In this document: in pieces, positions 1 through 13,164 of the stretch | Layout: each line of letters starts with the position of its first letter | How positions within the stretch are numbered: the stretch's first letter is position 1 | Assembly: GCF_018350175.1 (NCBI RefSeq) | Contig: NC_058368.1 | Span: 23,748,001-23,812,000, forward strand | Direction: 5' to 3' | DNA: 64,000 bases | Origin: Felis catus | Lineage: Eukaryota | The notes under the pieces: model-generated | What the model saw: the letters and a program-made list of their open reading frames with translations, nothing else | Database searches by the model: none | Told to the model about the DNA's origin: nothing | Translations under genes and position numbers: made by a program

Positions 1-1146
1 ACTGGCAGTAGCTACTTTGACATCAACCATAGAAACTTCTTTCTAGTTATATCTGCGAGACAAAGGAAACAAAAGGAAAAATAAACTATTGGGACTACAT
101 AAAAATTAAAAGGTTCTGCACAGTGAAAGAAATGATCAACAAAGTAAAATGGGAGAAGACATTTGCAAATGACATATCCAATAAAGAGTTATTATCCACA
201 ATATATAAAGAACTTATACCACTCAATACCCAAAAAACAAATAATCCAATTAAAAATGGACAGAAGACATGACTAGACATTTTTCCAAGGAAGAAAGACA
301 TTTTGCCAAGGAAGATGGCCAAAGGAAATATCAAAAGATCCTCAACATCTCTTATCACCAGGGAAATTCAAATCAAAACTATAATGAGACATCACCTCAC
401 ACCTGTCACAATGGCTAAAATCAACAACACAAGAAATGACAGGTATTGGCAAGGATGTGAGAAAGGGGAACACTCTTGAACTGTTGGTGGTTATGCAAAC
501 TGGCACAGCCACTCTGAGAAAGAGTATGGAGGTTCCTCAAAAAGTTAGAAATAGGACTGTCCTATGATCCACTAATTTCACTACTGGGTATTTACCCAAA
601 GAATACAACAATACTAATTCAAAGGGATACGTGCACCCTGAAGTTTATAGCATTAGTATTTACAACAGTCAAATTATGAAAGCAGCCCAAGTGTCGACTA
701 TGAATGGATAAGGAAGATGTGGTGTGTATATACTATATTACTCAACCATAAAAATGAAATCTTGTCCTTTGTAACAACATGGATAGAGCTAGAGAATATT
801 ATGCTAAGTGAAATAAGTGAGTCAGAAAAAAGACAAATACCATATAATCTCACTCATATGTGGAATTTAAGAAACAAATGAGCAAAGAGAGAGAGAGAAA
901 GGCAAAAAAAAAAAAAGAATGGAAGAAAAGAAAAACAGAGTTCTCTTAATTATAGAGAACAGACTGATTACCAGAAGGGAGTTGGGGGGGGGGATGGGTG
1001 AAATAGGTGATGGGGATTAAGAAGAGCAACTTGTGATAAACCCTGGGTGATGTGGGGAAATGCTGAATCACTGCGTTGTACACTTGAAACTAATATTACA
1101 CTGTATGTTAGCTAAATGGAATTTAAATTAAAACTTTAAAAAAAAG
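1..1146 (+). mobile_element. LINE-1 3' portion (degenerate ORF2 C-terminus, 3' UTR and A-tail), carnivore-type, truncated by window start
   Basis: ORF2 C-terminal motifs (aaactattgggactacataaaaatt, atgctaagtgaaataagt), G-rich 3' UTR tract near 983-1016, carnivore L1 end 'gaaactaatattacactgtatgtt', A-tail ending ~1146. Confidence 0.9.
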
Positions 1147-1544
1147 AATCTAATGGTGGTGTTGGTGGGAATAGCAATGGATCCCCCTCCAGGGATGTCT
1201 TGTGCTCTAAGGTCTAAATGACCTAACAGTCTTGGGACAGGACTGGCCATAGCTGCCCAGTATGAGTGTAGCTTCCTTGGAGAGATGTAGACCCATAGAA
1301 CAAGGGCTAAAGAGGTTAATACTTACACAGCCAATATCCAGCTGTGTCTTGTTCAGTAATGTAAATATTTGACTTTATTGACTTGTGTAATGAAAATTTG
1401 TCAAAATCTTTATAGAGTTCAACTATAAAACACAGTATATTAAATAAGTAATAAATAAAACACAGTATCTCAAAATTTTAATGCATAAGCAAAATCATAT
1501 AAATTCTCAGGGACAGAGTTTCCTCATACATAATTAAAACTCTT

Positions 1545-1910
1545 CCAACTCAACAAATATTTGTAGAGGACCCACTACTTGCTTAAAACAATGCTAGGCC
1601 CTAGACACATGAGGATGAGTAAAACAGACACAAGTCCTTCCCCTAATGGAACAGGGCATTGGTGGAGACAAATAGCACATATATTAATCACATAGGTAGA
1701 AACTGTATAAGGTCAATCAAGGAAGAGAATGGTTTTCTAGAAATAACAAGAATAACTTAGTATAAATAAGGTGGTCAGGAATGGTCTCTGGAGAGAGTAG
1801 CATTTGATCTGAGACCTGGGAAATGAGTATAAGCTAATTGGATGAAGAGAGAAGCTAAGGGAGTTCCAGGTGGAAGGAGCAGCAAAGAGAACATTCCAGA
1901 ATAGGAATGA
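1545..1910 (-). mobile_element. Ancient L2 LINE 3' fragment
   Basis: Begins with reversed L2 tail 'caactcaacaaatatttgtagag', followed by typical L2 text 'ggtggtcaggaatggtctctggagagagtagcatttgatctgagacctg'. Confidence 0.6.
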
Positions 1911-2239
1911 CTACTAATTATCTGAAGAGTTTTTTTAGTTCCTTCAGTACAAGAACTATGTCTTACTTATTTTTATATCCCAGAAACCTAGCGTAATACC
2001 TGGCATTCAATAGGTGCTCAGTGGATGTTCACTGGGTAACTATTGTTAACTTTTCTTATAAAATAAAACATGACAAAATGGAATTAATTTAGAACTCAAT
2101 ATGACTGATTTTTACACTCAAATTAAGCAGTCATTTGGAGGAGTCATGGAAACCCCTGGAAGTAGCTTTGGGAAAAATGGGTTGGATTGAGGGCTCAGGT
2201 AATAAGAGCAGAGAGGATTTCTAAGCAATTTACTCATAT

Positions 2240-2475
2240 GGCTCCTCCTCCAGGTAGCTTCCTCTAACCCTTCCATAGGCATTGAGTACCCTTCTTTTGG
2301 CTTTAGTATGCTACAACTATCTAGTGGTATTCACCATATATTATTCTTAGGATTTCAGTGGGCTTCCTGCCTTCTGCACTACACTATACTACACTGTATT
2401 ACAGTGAGGGGATGACTCATGACTTTATTTCTTATGAAAAATGGGTATCTTATAAATGCCTGATGAATGAATAAG
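2240..2475 (+). mobile_element. L2 3' end fragment
   Basis: Starts 'tcctccaggtagcttcctct' and ends in L2-type tail 'taaatgcctgatgaatgaat'. Confidence 0.45.
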
Positions 2476-3409
2476 TGATATTAAGTTGGCAGGGATGAGG
2501 TGAAGCCTCTTAAGAACACTTGGTGACATCGTGATGTCTCCTGGCATCACAATCCTAAAATATATTCATCACATTGAATATTCATGAAAATTCAAATATC
2601 CATACAACACTTGTCCAGAAAGTGGTTTTAACATGAAAAGACAAGTGTATCCAGCTATTTAAAATAAGTTCCCTTAAAAAAAGTTCCCTTAAAATCAACA
2701 TTTCACTGTAAGGTAAGTGGGATGACTGTTTATTGGGTGACTAAGACAGGAAAATTGATACAGGTAAAGAGGGCTTTGGGCAGAAGAACATGTAGTTCTG
2801 CTTTTACAAGCACTCCTGCTAAAAATACACATAGAAAATGCACCTGTTAGAAGGGACATAATAATCATTATAGAACTAAGCATTAAAAGCTCTCATTTAA
2901 TAACCAATTCCTTTTAAAAACAGTGAATAAGCTTACAGATCATAGTCAATGATATTCAATCAATATTTGTCATTACCCTACACAAGCCTTCAAGCTCATC
3001 ATCACTCATGTGTCATGATGCATGTGTACATGCATGCCACACATGCACACACATATAAATTACACATACACATAATCCACATGTTATTAAAAAGGCAATG
3101 AGAACAACAGATACCCTTATAAGATCATGATACATAGGGTTTGGAAATAAAGGATAAAGGTTGTCTTGCTGATCTCTCTGAAGACAACACTGCTTAACCT
3201 TTACATAAATTTTTATAGTTGCAATAATTCTAAATTATGTCCATCCCCCCAACCCGGAAAACATGGAATACTTTTTAAAATATATTTTATGTATTTAGTA
3301 CAAAATAAATAATTGTTTTTCTCAATAGTCCTCTTCCAAGAAAAGATCAAGAACAGCAAAGCCTATGCCATCCAGAAAATTGAACACTGAAAAAACAAGC
3401 AGTTCATTT

Positions 3410-4059
3410 AAAGAGGAAAGAAGAGGGAGACACAAAAGGTGAAGTTGGAGAGGTATGAAGAGGTCAGACTAAAAGATGCCTCATAGGTTAAACAGAACTT
3501 CAGGTTTACCTTAGAGGGAAAGGGAAGCCATGGAAGGGACATCTTTGTCCCTTTTAGGTAGGTCACTATGGAAGCTTAGGAGAACTGATAAAACTGGAGA
3601 TAAGAATTGTGAGTTTGTTATTTTAGTGTAGACCAGAGATAAGAAGGGTCTGAAACATGGCATGGTGATTGGGGTAAAGTTAAAGGTGAGGAAACGGATT
3701 CGTGAGGTATAGTTGCCAAATATCTATTGGGTCTAAGATGTGAAAGGCATGGAAGAATCATAGACTACTTTTCAAGTTTCTACCTTGGTGACTAGATACG
3801 CAATAATGACAGTGAAAAAAAGGTGAGGACACAAGAGAAGGTTTAGAGGAGAGTACGACAAATTTAGTTTGGAGCATGTTGATTTTGACATTCTTATGGG
3901 ACAATTAAGATACATTTGGACATGTGAGTCTAAATGTTGGGGGGGGATATTCTTTGAGCTGAAAATGTACATCTTGGAGACACCAGCATACAGGCAGCAA
4001 TTCAAACCATAAAAGGTTACATCGGATAATCTGGGATGAAGCAAGAGTGTGTGTGTATA

Positions 4060-4109
<50 letters not shown>

Positions 4110-4255
4110 TATACGTATATATGTGTGTGTGTATATATATACACACACACATATATACGTATATATATATATACACACACACACATATATATACGTATAT
4201 ATGTGTGTGTGTATATATATATATATATACACACACACATATATACGTATATATA

Positions 4256-4315
<60 letters not shown>

Positions 4316-4700
4316 TACACACACACACACACACACATATATATATGGCATCAAAGGGCTGTTGGCCAGAGATTAAATTTGGGTAACCCCAACAATTAAG
4401 GGTAGGAAAAATAAGAGAAATCCACAAAGAATATAGGAAAGAAATAGAGAGGTCTAAGATGAACAAGGGACACCCAAGGAAGAGAGAGTTTTAAGATGTG
4501 AAAGAGGTAAACAAAGCTAAAAAATATCATAGTAATATCATAGTTGTCCAGTGAGAATGAGAACATATTCATTAAGTTATACAATTATCAGGTCACTAAT
4601 GACCTTAGCAAGAGCAATTTCATTGGAGTGACTTGTGAGATGACCGGGTCTTTGGAAAATAAAAATTGCAGGCTACTGTTTTGAAACTTTTGGTTGACAT
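3410..4700 (-). mobile_element. L2 LINE fragment interrupted by a microsatellite
   Basis: L2-like motifs 'aatttagtttggagcatgttgattttgac' and 'ggtcactaatgaccttagcaagagcaatttcattggagtg' lie on either side of the 4047-4346 repeat. Confidence 0.6.
4047..4346. repeat. Compound (TA)n/(CA)n/(TG)n microsatellite with four ACGT nodes
   Basis: Directly visible ~300 bp alternating purine-pyrimidine tract. Confidence 0.97.
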
Positions 4701-5729
4701 AGGTGCCTAATTTGCTAAATTACACAGGTAGAGATAAGGGGGGTTTCAGTTAGATTTGGGGATGTTTTATTTAATAAATAATTGAAAAAGTCAAATAAAA
4801 TACAGGTAAAGCATTATCCAGGGGATCGAATCTCTTTAATTTTGAGTAACCATTTTGCATGTTTCTGCTATATACAAGATACGGTTTTTCCTCAAAGTTA
4901 TCTTCATTCTGTTTCAGTTGAAGGCATAACTCCTAAGTAGCCCAAAGGTCACTGAGTGTACTAGCTTCCTTTATTATTTTAATTGTAGAAGATGTAGTCT
5001 CCAGATGTCCAGAGCTTCTGATTAATGGTAACGATGACCTACCACAGTGAACATAGAATACAGAATACTTAAAATTTCTTTCTATAGCAATATGTTTAAC
5101 TTGTTTACATCAAAATTGAGAAAAAAAAAAAAAACAAGCCAAGGAGAAACAGATCATGTCCCGAGAAATCTGTAGCAATAAAAAGAAGCCAAGCAGCTGG
5201 GGGCTATTATATCCCAAGCTGACATTTCTCCTGGTCAAAAACGTTGTTGGAGATTTCTGGTGACCAAGTAGAAAGGGCAAAATTTCTATCATCTTGGCAG
5301 AAAAAATAACTTGGAATCAACAAAAGAACAATTTTTTAAACATATGTTTTATATTTGTTAATTGTATCTTCTTTCTTTTGTAAATCCCCTATAAAAATGC
5401 TGATATTTGAGAATGTCATATCCTTTCCTACCCTCTGGATGTGACTTGTTGTCTTGCAAAGGGCTATAATTATCAGGAGCAAGGTACTTTGTGAAATTAA
5501 GTTCTGTCTGAGTACACCTCCGTAATTAAACCGGCATATACATTTAGGTGTTAACAAAGGATTGGTTGAAAAGTCACAATGTCTTCAAAACACAAGTTTG
5601 AATCTCAGTGATGACATAGGCTCTCAAAAGCAAATTTGTACTGCCAGATGGCAGTCGCTGGTCCTGGGCTGGGTCCTGATGCTGCCAGCTGGTTTTCTCT
5701 TGGAGGCTTTTCAGCTCTCATGATACTTC

Positions 5730-5920
5730 AGCTTAGCATGGAAGAATAGAGATTTGGGGGCCAGAAAGACCAGAGTTCTGCCACTCCTGCTTATTGTGTA
5801 TGACCTTGGAAAAGTTCTTTAGTCTGTCTACACTCATTAAAATGGGAAGATATATAGTACCCATTAGGTTTGGGAAATAAATAAGGATGGTGCTTAACAT
5901 CTGACAAGTACTCAATGTTA
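5730..5920 (+). mobile_element. MIR SINE
   Basis: MIR core-like 'tgtgtatgaccttggaaaagttcttt...ctcattaaaatgggaagata'. Confidence 0.6.
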
Positions 5921-6518
5921 CCCTTATATTTATATTTTCATTCATATCATCCAATTATGTGGACAGGTCAGCTTTAAAGACATTAGTCAACATAAATATC
6001 ATAGTCACCATCATCATTATCATCATCTCTCACTGTATCCTCAACCTGTGACATTAACTGAAGGCTTGTTGAGAACCAGACACAAGGAATATACTGGGAA
6101 AAGCATGCAATATAAGACTGCTCTTCAGAGATAGGCAATCTGATTGAGGAGCCAGGGCATACACATTTTAAAAAGAGCAAATACCAATGAAAAGGGATTT
6201 ATGTTTTCTGTCACATGGACAGTGCAGATAAACAGTATCAAAGGTACATGATCACTGTGTCTGGGAGTGGCAGAGGAGGACTTCCCCGTAAGAGATCAAT
6301 AAAAAGAATTCAGGGGAATGAATGTTATGGATCAGGGGAAAAACAATATTTAAAACCTGTTACATAGCCTAATTTCTGCAGAATATTTATATAGAGCAAG
6401 TGAAGTATAAATTTAGAGAGATGGACGGAGGCCTTTGCAATAAGAACTAATTCTGGAATTTCTCTTTTATAAGAGGAATTTCTTACCTGCATTGCCTACT
6501 CTGGGGACCAGAATTTTT

Positions 6519-6732
6519 TTTTAATTTTTTTTAATGTTTATTTATTTTTGAAGGAGAGAGACAGAGTGTGAATGGGGGAGAAGCAGAAGAGAGGGAGACA
6601 CAGAATCTTAAGCAGGCTCCAGGCTCTGAGTTATCAGCACAGAGCCCAACACGGAGCTGGAACTCACGAACCATTAGATCACGACCTGAGCTGAAAACAG
6701 ATGCTTAACTGACTGAGCCACCCAAGTTCCCC
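6519..6732 (-). mobile_element. CAN-SINE (tRNA-derived carnivore SINE)
   Basis: Reverse-complement SINE body with (GA)n and T-tail; TSD agaattttt at 6510-6518 and 6733-6741. Confidence 0.92.
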
Positions 6733-6999
6733 AGAATTTTTATTGTAATAGTTAATTGTGGTGCATAAAGCCTAGATAGTTATAATAATAGCTGGAGAAT
6801 TGTTAATCCAACACTTTATAAAGAGTACTAAAAGAATAAATAAAGAGCCACAACAGGGGATAGAAAGAATCACTACATATGTAATGTAGAGCATAACTGG
6901 GTTCAAATCCTGTTTCTTATACTTTCTATCTATATGTACTTATAGTAAGACTCTTTTAAGGCTTATTTTGAAGAGTTGCAACAACCTAATAGAGGTATG

Positions 7000-7200
7000 T
7001 GCCATATTGCATACTTCTACATACTCCAATTCCTTTTTGCCAAAAATGTGTACAAACTTTAGCCAAGCACATACTTCTGGGGTGGTCTGGTCTGTAGCTC
7101 TCATCCGGAGTACTTCAGAGGCTATTAATATTGTTCATGCTACATATTGCTCTCTTAGCACAATGGTTGCATTGGGATGGCCACTTCAGCGATTGAGTCA
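7000..7200 (-). mobile_element. Possible highly decayed CR1/L3 LINE fragment
   Basis: Minus strand reads 'aatgcaacc...gtactc...cagaccaccccagaagtatgtg', resembling the CR1 ORF2 segment encoding ANAILG...LYSALVRPHLEYC; weak similarity from recall. Confidence 0.35.
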
Positions 7201-7539
7201 CACCATTTGAAGATTATCTTTGCTTACTACATCTTCATTACTGTCGGGAATTTGTGTCTTTCCTATCTGGTTTACAAAATACCTACTGCTGATCATACAC
7301 TGCTCCCTCCTGTCTTAGGGTTCAACACTGTTCTGGTTCTTGAATGTGTCCTAGTCTCTCTTCACTTCTTCTTGGTCTAATGCAGTTCCCTGGCTGGAAA
7401 AGGGGCTATTGTGAGAAGGGAATTAAATGACCCTTTTTTTTTTTTTGGTTAGGAAAAGTAACTACTTTACTGAGGGGGAGTGTCATGAGAAGAGATGGGG
7501 CATAAGAAGAGTTCAGATTATTGAGAAAACACATCAAGC

Positions 7540-7770
7540 TTTGGATCAGGTTAGAACGAGAAGCATGTCACTACTGTCCATATGCCCATGCAACCACCTA
7601 CCAGCTTTGTATCCTTGGCCAAGTCTATCTTTTTCTTTAGGGCATGGTTCTCTTCTGCATAATGAGGAAAATACTAGCATGTAATTTGTAGAGCTGATAT
7701 TTGGGTTAACAAAAGCTAATCCAAGGAAAATTCTTGGTATGTGCCTCACCAATAATAAGTCCTCTACCTA
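7540..7770 (+). mobile_element. MIR SINE
   Basis: 'ctaccagctttgtatccttggccaagtc...ttctcttctgcataatgaggaaaatactagca'. Confidence 0.6.
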
Positions 7771-8356
7771 TGCCAGCCTACTATTCCAATTTATAGTTGA
7801 AACTCAGAAAACTACCCCAAGCTTACACAGTGTCAGAGAAGATTCTGACTGATATCTAACTATAAAACTGATTTAGTTTCACAATACTACACTGCCAACT
7901 TAAATATTCTGATTAGCTCCCATATATGTACTTCAACTCTTTTTTTTTTTTAATACCTCCACACCCCGCCCCCATGTTTAATCATTTCACTGTTGAAACT
8001 TCAGTAGGCTCCATCACTTTCCTGTTTGTTTTTCTGTACTTTCTTCAGAGTATTTTCAACCTTGGATTGACTTTCTAGTCCATCTGTCCATTCAAACAGT
8101 AAGCCAGATGCACTATCAGTAGCCCTGTGTGTATTTGAAAATTGCATACTATAAGCTTTAAAAAATTACACACATTTAGAGATCGTGAATATAAAAATCA
8201 GTTTTCATATAACTGGGCAATACTACTCCTTATAAAACAGAGTAAATAAAATGATACTATAGGAACTGAAAATAACATTTTTAAAATACAGTTTTAAACA
8301 TTTTATTATTTCTAGTAGCTAATTTGAATATATATTATAGAAAAATGTAAAATTAA

Positions 8357-8361
<5 letters not shown>

Positions 8362-8405
<44 letters not shown>
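8362..8405. repeat. (TA)22 microsatellite
   Basis: Directly visible. Confidence 0.97.
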
Positions 8406-8408
<3 letters not shown>

Positions 8409-8784
8409 TGAGTTTCCCCATTTATTCTGCCCTTATTGGATGTTATTAATTTCATTCATATTTAGATTTTAAGCCCTCTGTGGAATTCTAGAACTAAATG
8501 AAAGTTAATAATTTTGTTATACCAGTTTGGCCTTTCCTTCCTCCTTTTAATACTAAATACTACACACAGGTTATGATTTTAATGGAATAAATATCTTTAC
8601 CCTTCTCCAGGGTCTCCACAACATGCTTTATCTAGTTCTCATTGTAACGTTTAACTACTGCTCTACATGATTTTCTCTGCTACCAGACAATCAGCTCCTT
8701 GAAGGTTGTTAAGTTAGTTTTATTTGCAGATCTCTAGTATCATCCCATATAATCTGATAGTTGAGCTTCTAGTGCTCAAGTGAT

Positions 8785-9890
8785 TTAAAAATTCATCTCC
8801 ATACAAAAACATGCACATGCATGTTTATAGCAGTTTTATCCATATCCTTAAAAGCTAGGAGTAACCAAGATTTCCCTTAATGGGTGTGTGGATGTGCAAC
8901 CTGTGGTCATCTACACAGAATACTATTAAATGATAAAAGAAAAAAAGAACTATCACACCACACAAAGACAGGGATTAACGCTAAATGAAATCTGTTAAGT
9001 GAAAAAACCTAATGGGAAAAGGCCAAATACGGAATGATTCCAATTATGTGACATTCTGTAAAAAGGAAAAACTAGAGAGACAGTAAACAGAGCAGTACTT
9101 GCCAGGAGTCAAGGATTGGGAGGGAGGATTGAATAGGTGAAGGACAAGGTTTTGTTTTTTTGTGTGTGTGTTTTTTTTTGTTTTTGTTTGTTTTTTTTTT
9201 TGTTTTTTTTTTTTTTTGTGGGCAAAACTACCCCTTGTGATACTGTACTGATGGATACATGACACAATACACTTGTTAAAGTTCAAAGAGCTTTACAGCA
9301 CCAAGAGTAAACCTTAATGTACAAAATTTTAAAAAACTCATTCAGGTGGTTCAGCAATCATGGGATTGCTGGGATGTAATACAGAATCTGAGCAAAGAAT
9401 CTAACTATCGCGCATGTACAAAACAACTTCAGTGAATGGGGTGGAGGAAAAGGGAGTTGAAATAATTAGCTCTGGAAATGAACGCACTCTGCACAGCTAA
9501 AAGCAAAAGGAACTGCACATAAGCCCTGTCCTCTGTAAAGTTGTTTCTCATGGTGGTAAAGGTTAACAATTTTGAAACCACTAGAGATACACGGTGGAAC
9601 TGAACAATTAAGCAAATACATAGTTATGGTGGGAGCCAGATATTTCTCACTGTTGAGGTGAAAGTTTACAGGTAAGTAGAGAGAGAAGTTGAGAAGATCA
9701 ATATGGTCATGGATTCGAGTTGCAGACAACATGAACTCATGTTTAGCTGAATATAGATAGAGAAGGCCATATATAGAAATACATATGTGTATGTATACCC
9801 AAGTTAATATAAACACATATTTTGTTTGTTATGTCAGTGAGAGAACCTAATGATACTCCAGTAGCAATGAGCACAACTAGCACTTAGAAC
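8785..9890 (+). mobile_element. Old eutherian L1 3' end (L1MC/L1MD-like)
   Basis: ORF2 end ('atgtttatagcagttttatcc') and long 3' UTR ('gattccaattatgtgacattctg', 'agagtaaaccttaatgtacaaaatt'); T-rich tract at 9148-9218. Confidence 0.75.
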
Positions 9891-10629
9891 ATCAACAGGA
9901 GTATCTCTGTGGAACTGAAGAGTTCAATGGAAAGATTCTAGCATCCTGCTTCAGCGAAAAAAAAAAATTGAAATCAGATGAATTGAACAGGGTAAAAACT
10001 GATTTCACTTTACCCATGTCATCCCTACCCTAAGATCCCCTTCAGCCCATGATTTCTCCCACAGGGGAAAGTGACAGCAGAGTGGCCAACTTCCCCAGTC
10101 TTGTGGAACACTGCCTATGAGGCCCACTTCTGTCTTGCATCACCCAGATCACTGAGAGGATCAGCACCTCTCAGTAGTCTGGAGGTTCAAGGAGCAGAGA
10201 AAGGGGCATGAGCTCACAAAAATCATGCACATATTTCAAAAACTGGCCACAGATCCTATGGACTTCATCAGTCAGTAGGCTTGCAGACTTCATCTAGAGG
10301 CCCAACCATTAACCCCATGGGACTCCTCACTTGCAGCTCTCTCCCAACGGCAGACATGAACCAAAAGCTCTTTGCATGCACCCAGGATAACACACATGAA
10401 CCTCTACAGGGAGCCTGCCTGTTTTCCTGTCGATAGGACACATGAGCCTCCACATATGGTGAGCTCAAGGTTCCACAGAAGGCACATACAAGTTCCCAGA
10501 GACAGCACATGACATCAGTAGCTGGTTCAATTCTGTAGAATGGGGGAGAAGGCACACAACCTTGAACACTTAAGGACAGTGCCATGGAGAATATAAATGA
10601 GAGGATTTATAAATGTACACACATATACA

Positions 10630-10671
<42 letters not shown>

Positions 10672-11550
10672 AAAATGTACACACAGGATGTGTACATAGG
10701 TCTAATTCTGTGGGATCAAGAGATGGTGTACAATGCTAGGCCTTCTTTGCCAAGAGGAATTAAGAATAGTGTAGCCACATCCATAAAAAATGCCATAAAA
10801 TCTTTAAGTGGGCTGGCTAATGAAGGTCCTTCTCTCATGAAGACAGTCAGCAAAGACTGATGGAAGATATTACTTCTTCATATGTGAAGAGAGAAACACA
10901 ATACTTTGAGGAGCATGAAGAATCAAGGAACATAACACCACAAAGGAACAAAATAAAGCTCCAGTGTCTGATCCCAAAGAAAAGGAGATCTACAAGTTGC
11001 GTGACAAAGAAATCAAAATAATTGTCTTAAATTGAGCTACAAAAGAACAAAGACAACTAAAAAATTCAGGAAAACAATACATTAAAAAAGCGAATACTTA
11101 AAAAAAGAGATTGAAACCATAAAAAGGAACTATATAGAAATTTTGGAGCTGAAGAACACAATTACTGAACAACAACAATAATCAATAGAGAACTTAAACA
11201 ATAGACTTGATCAAGTAGAAGAAGGAATCAGCAAACTCAAAGAGAGATTATTTGAAATTATCCAGTCAGAGGAACAGAAAGAAAAAAGAATGAAAAAGAC
11301 TGAAGGGAGTCTATGAGACTTTTGGCACATTAAACAACAACAACAATATATGTATTAAGCCTGTCTGAGCAAGAGTAGAGAAAGAGAAAAGGCAGAAAGT
11401 TTATTCACAGAAATAATGACAGAAGCTTCCCAAAGCTGGAAGGGAAATGAATATACAGATTCATGATACCCTAAGGACCCAGACTAGGTGAATAGTAAGA
11501 GATTTTCACCATGGCATGCTATAGCCAAAATGTCCAAAGTAAAAGACATA
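9890..11550 (+). mobile_element. Old L1 5' UTR and degenerate ORF1
   Basis: ORF1-like text from ~10915 ('atgaagaatcaaggaacataacacc', 'gaaattttggagctgaagaacacaat', 'gaaataatgacagaagcttccc'), with many stops and frameshifts. Confidence 0.8.
10633..10668. repeat. (GT)18 microsatellite
   Basis: Directly visible. Confidence 0.97.
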
Positions 11551-12298
11551 AATGCTGGTAAAGATGTGAAGAAATGGGGACACACACACATTGCTGGTGG
11601 GAATGAAAATTGATACAGCCACTTTGGAAGGCTGGTTATTTCTTACAACACTAAATATACTCTTATCATGCAATCCAGCAAACATATTTCTTAATATTTA
11701 TTCAAAAGAATTGAAAACTTGTGTCTACATAAAAATGTACATATAAATGTTTACAATATCTTTTATTTATTATTGCCAGAACTTAGAAGCAACCAAAATA
11801 TCCTTCGGTGGGTGAATGAGAGAATAAATTGTGGTATATACAGGTATAAAATATTAGGAATTCAAAAAAATGAGCTATCAAGCTAAGAGAAGATATGGAG
11901 TAAACTAAAATACATATTACTAAGAAAAGAACCCAATCTGAGAAGGCTAAATACCATATGATGTCTAATATGACATTATTGAAAAGTAAAAATTATGGAG
12001 ACAACCAAATGAGTGGCTGCCAGGGGTGGAGATAGAGAAGGGATGAATAGGCAGAGCACAGAGAAATCTTAGGGTATTACAATTATCCTGTATGATATTT
12101 TAACAATGGATATATCATTATACATTTGTTCGAATCCAGAGTGTACAGCATCATTAATGAACCCTAAGGTGAACTATGGTATTTTGATGATTAAGAGATC
12201 TTAATGTAGTTTTGTCCTTGGTAACACAAGTACCATTCTGGTGAGTAATATTGATAACGGAGGAAGCTATGCACATATGAGGGGTATATGGAGTGTAT
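11551..12298 (+). mobile_element. Old L1 3' end (L1MC1-like)
   Basis: 'aatgctggtaaagatgtgaagaaat' through 3' UTR 'gaaccctaaggtgaactatgg...attgataacggaggaagctatgcac'. Confidence 0.75.
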
Positions 12299-12531
12299 GA
12301 AGTAGAATACACATTCTTCTCAAGCAATCACAGAATAGATCATACATTAGGCAAAAAACAAGACAAAAAATTTAAGAGGATTTAAAATAAGTTCAGATAT
12401 CTTTTCCAACAAGAATGGTATAAAACTAGAAATCATTAACAGGAGGAATAATATAAAATTAATAAATTTGTGAAAATTAAACAATACCTCTTGTATAACC
12501 AATGAATCAAAAAGGAATAGAAAGGGAAATA

Positions 12532-12729
12532 CAAGAGAATGAATCTTAAAAGTTCTCACACCAACAACAAAAATTTTTTGTAACTATGTATGGTGATGGA
12601 TGTTAAGTAGATATTATGGTGATCATTTGTGATATATACAAATATCAAATCATTATGTTGTACGTCTGAAATCAATATGATGTTGTATTTGAATGATACC
12701 TCAATTAAAAATAATTATACACATATAAA
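12532..12729 (+). mobile_element. 5'-truncated L1 3' tip (L1MA9/old carnivore type) nested in L1
   Basis: 'aatcttaaaagttctcacacc...aaatcattatgttgtacgtctgaaatc'; TSD aaagggaaata at 12521-12531 and 12730-12740. Confidence 0.82.
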
Positions 12730-13164
12730 AAAGGGAAATAAAAATGTATCTTGAAACAAATGAAAATGGAAACACAACATACCAAACACACAGAATGCAG
12801 CAAAAGTAGTTCTAAGAGGAAGGTTTTTTTGTGTGTGTGTGATAAATGCATAAATGCAAGAAAGATCTCAAGTGAGCAATCTAACTTTACACTTAAGAAA
12901 CTTGAGAAAGAAAACAAAGTCCAAAGTCAGCAGAAAAAAGGAAATAATATTATAGCAGAAATAAATGAAATAGAGACTAGAAAAACAAAAGAAAAGAATA
13001 AAAGTGTAAGCTAGTTTTTTGAAATTATAAACTGAATTGACAAATCGTTAAGACTAGTTAGTACAAAAAGAATAATCACCCAAATAAATAAAAGGATAAA
13101 TGAAAGAGGAGATACAACAACTTATACTGCAGAAATACAAAGGATCATAGAAGACTACTTTATA

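Noticed and set aside
3772..4466. Six overlapping 92-188 aa ORFs rich in YI/VC/HT
   Set aside because: Translations of the dinucleotide microsatellite, which lacks stop codons.
4930..5040. Possible minus-strand terminal exon (…tgtggtag|GTCATCGTTACC… = VIVTINQKLWTSGDYIFYN*)
   Set aside because: Mediocre acceptor, unrecognised peptide and no supported upstream exon in a compatible phase.
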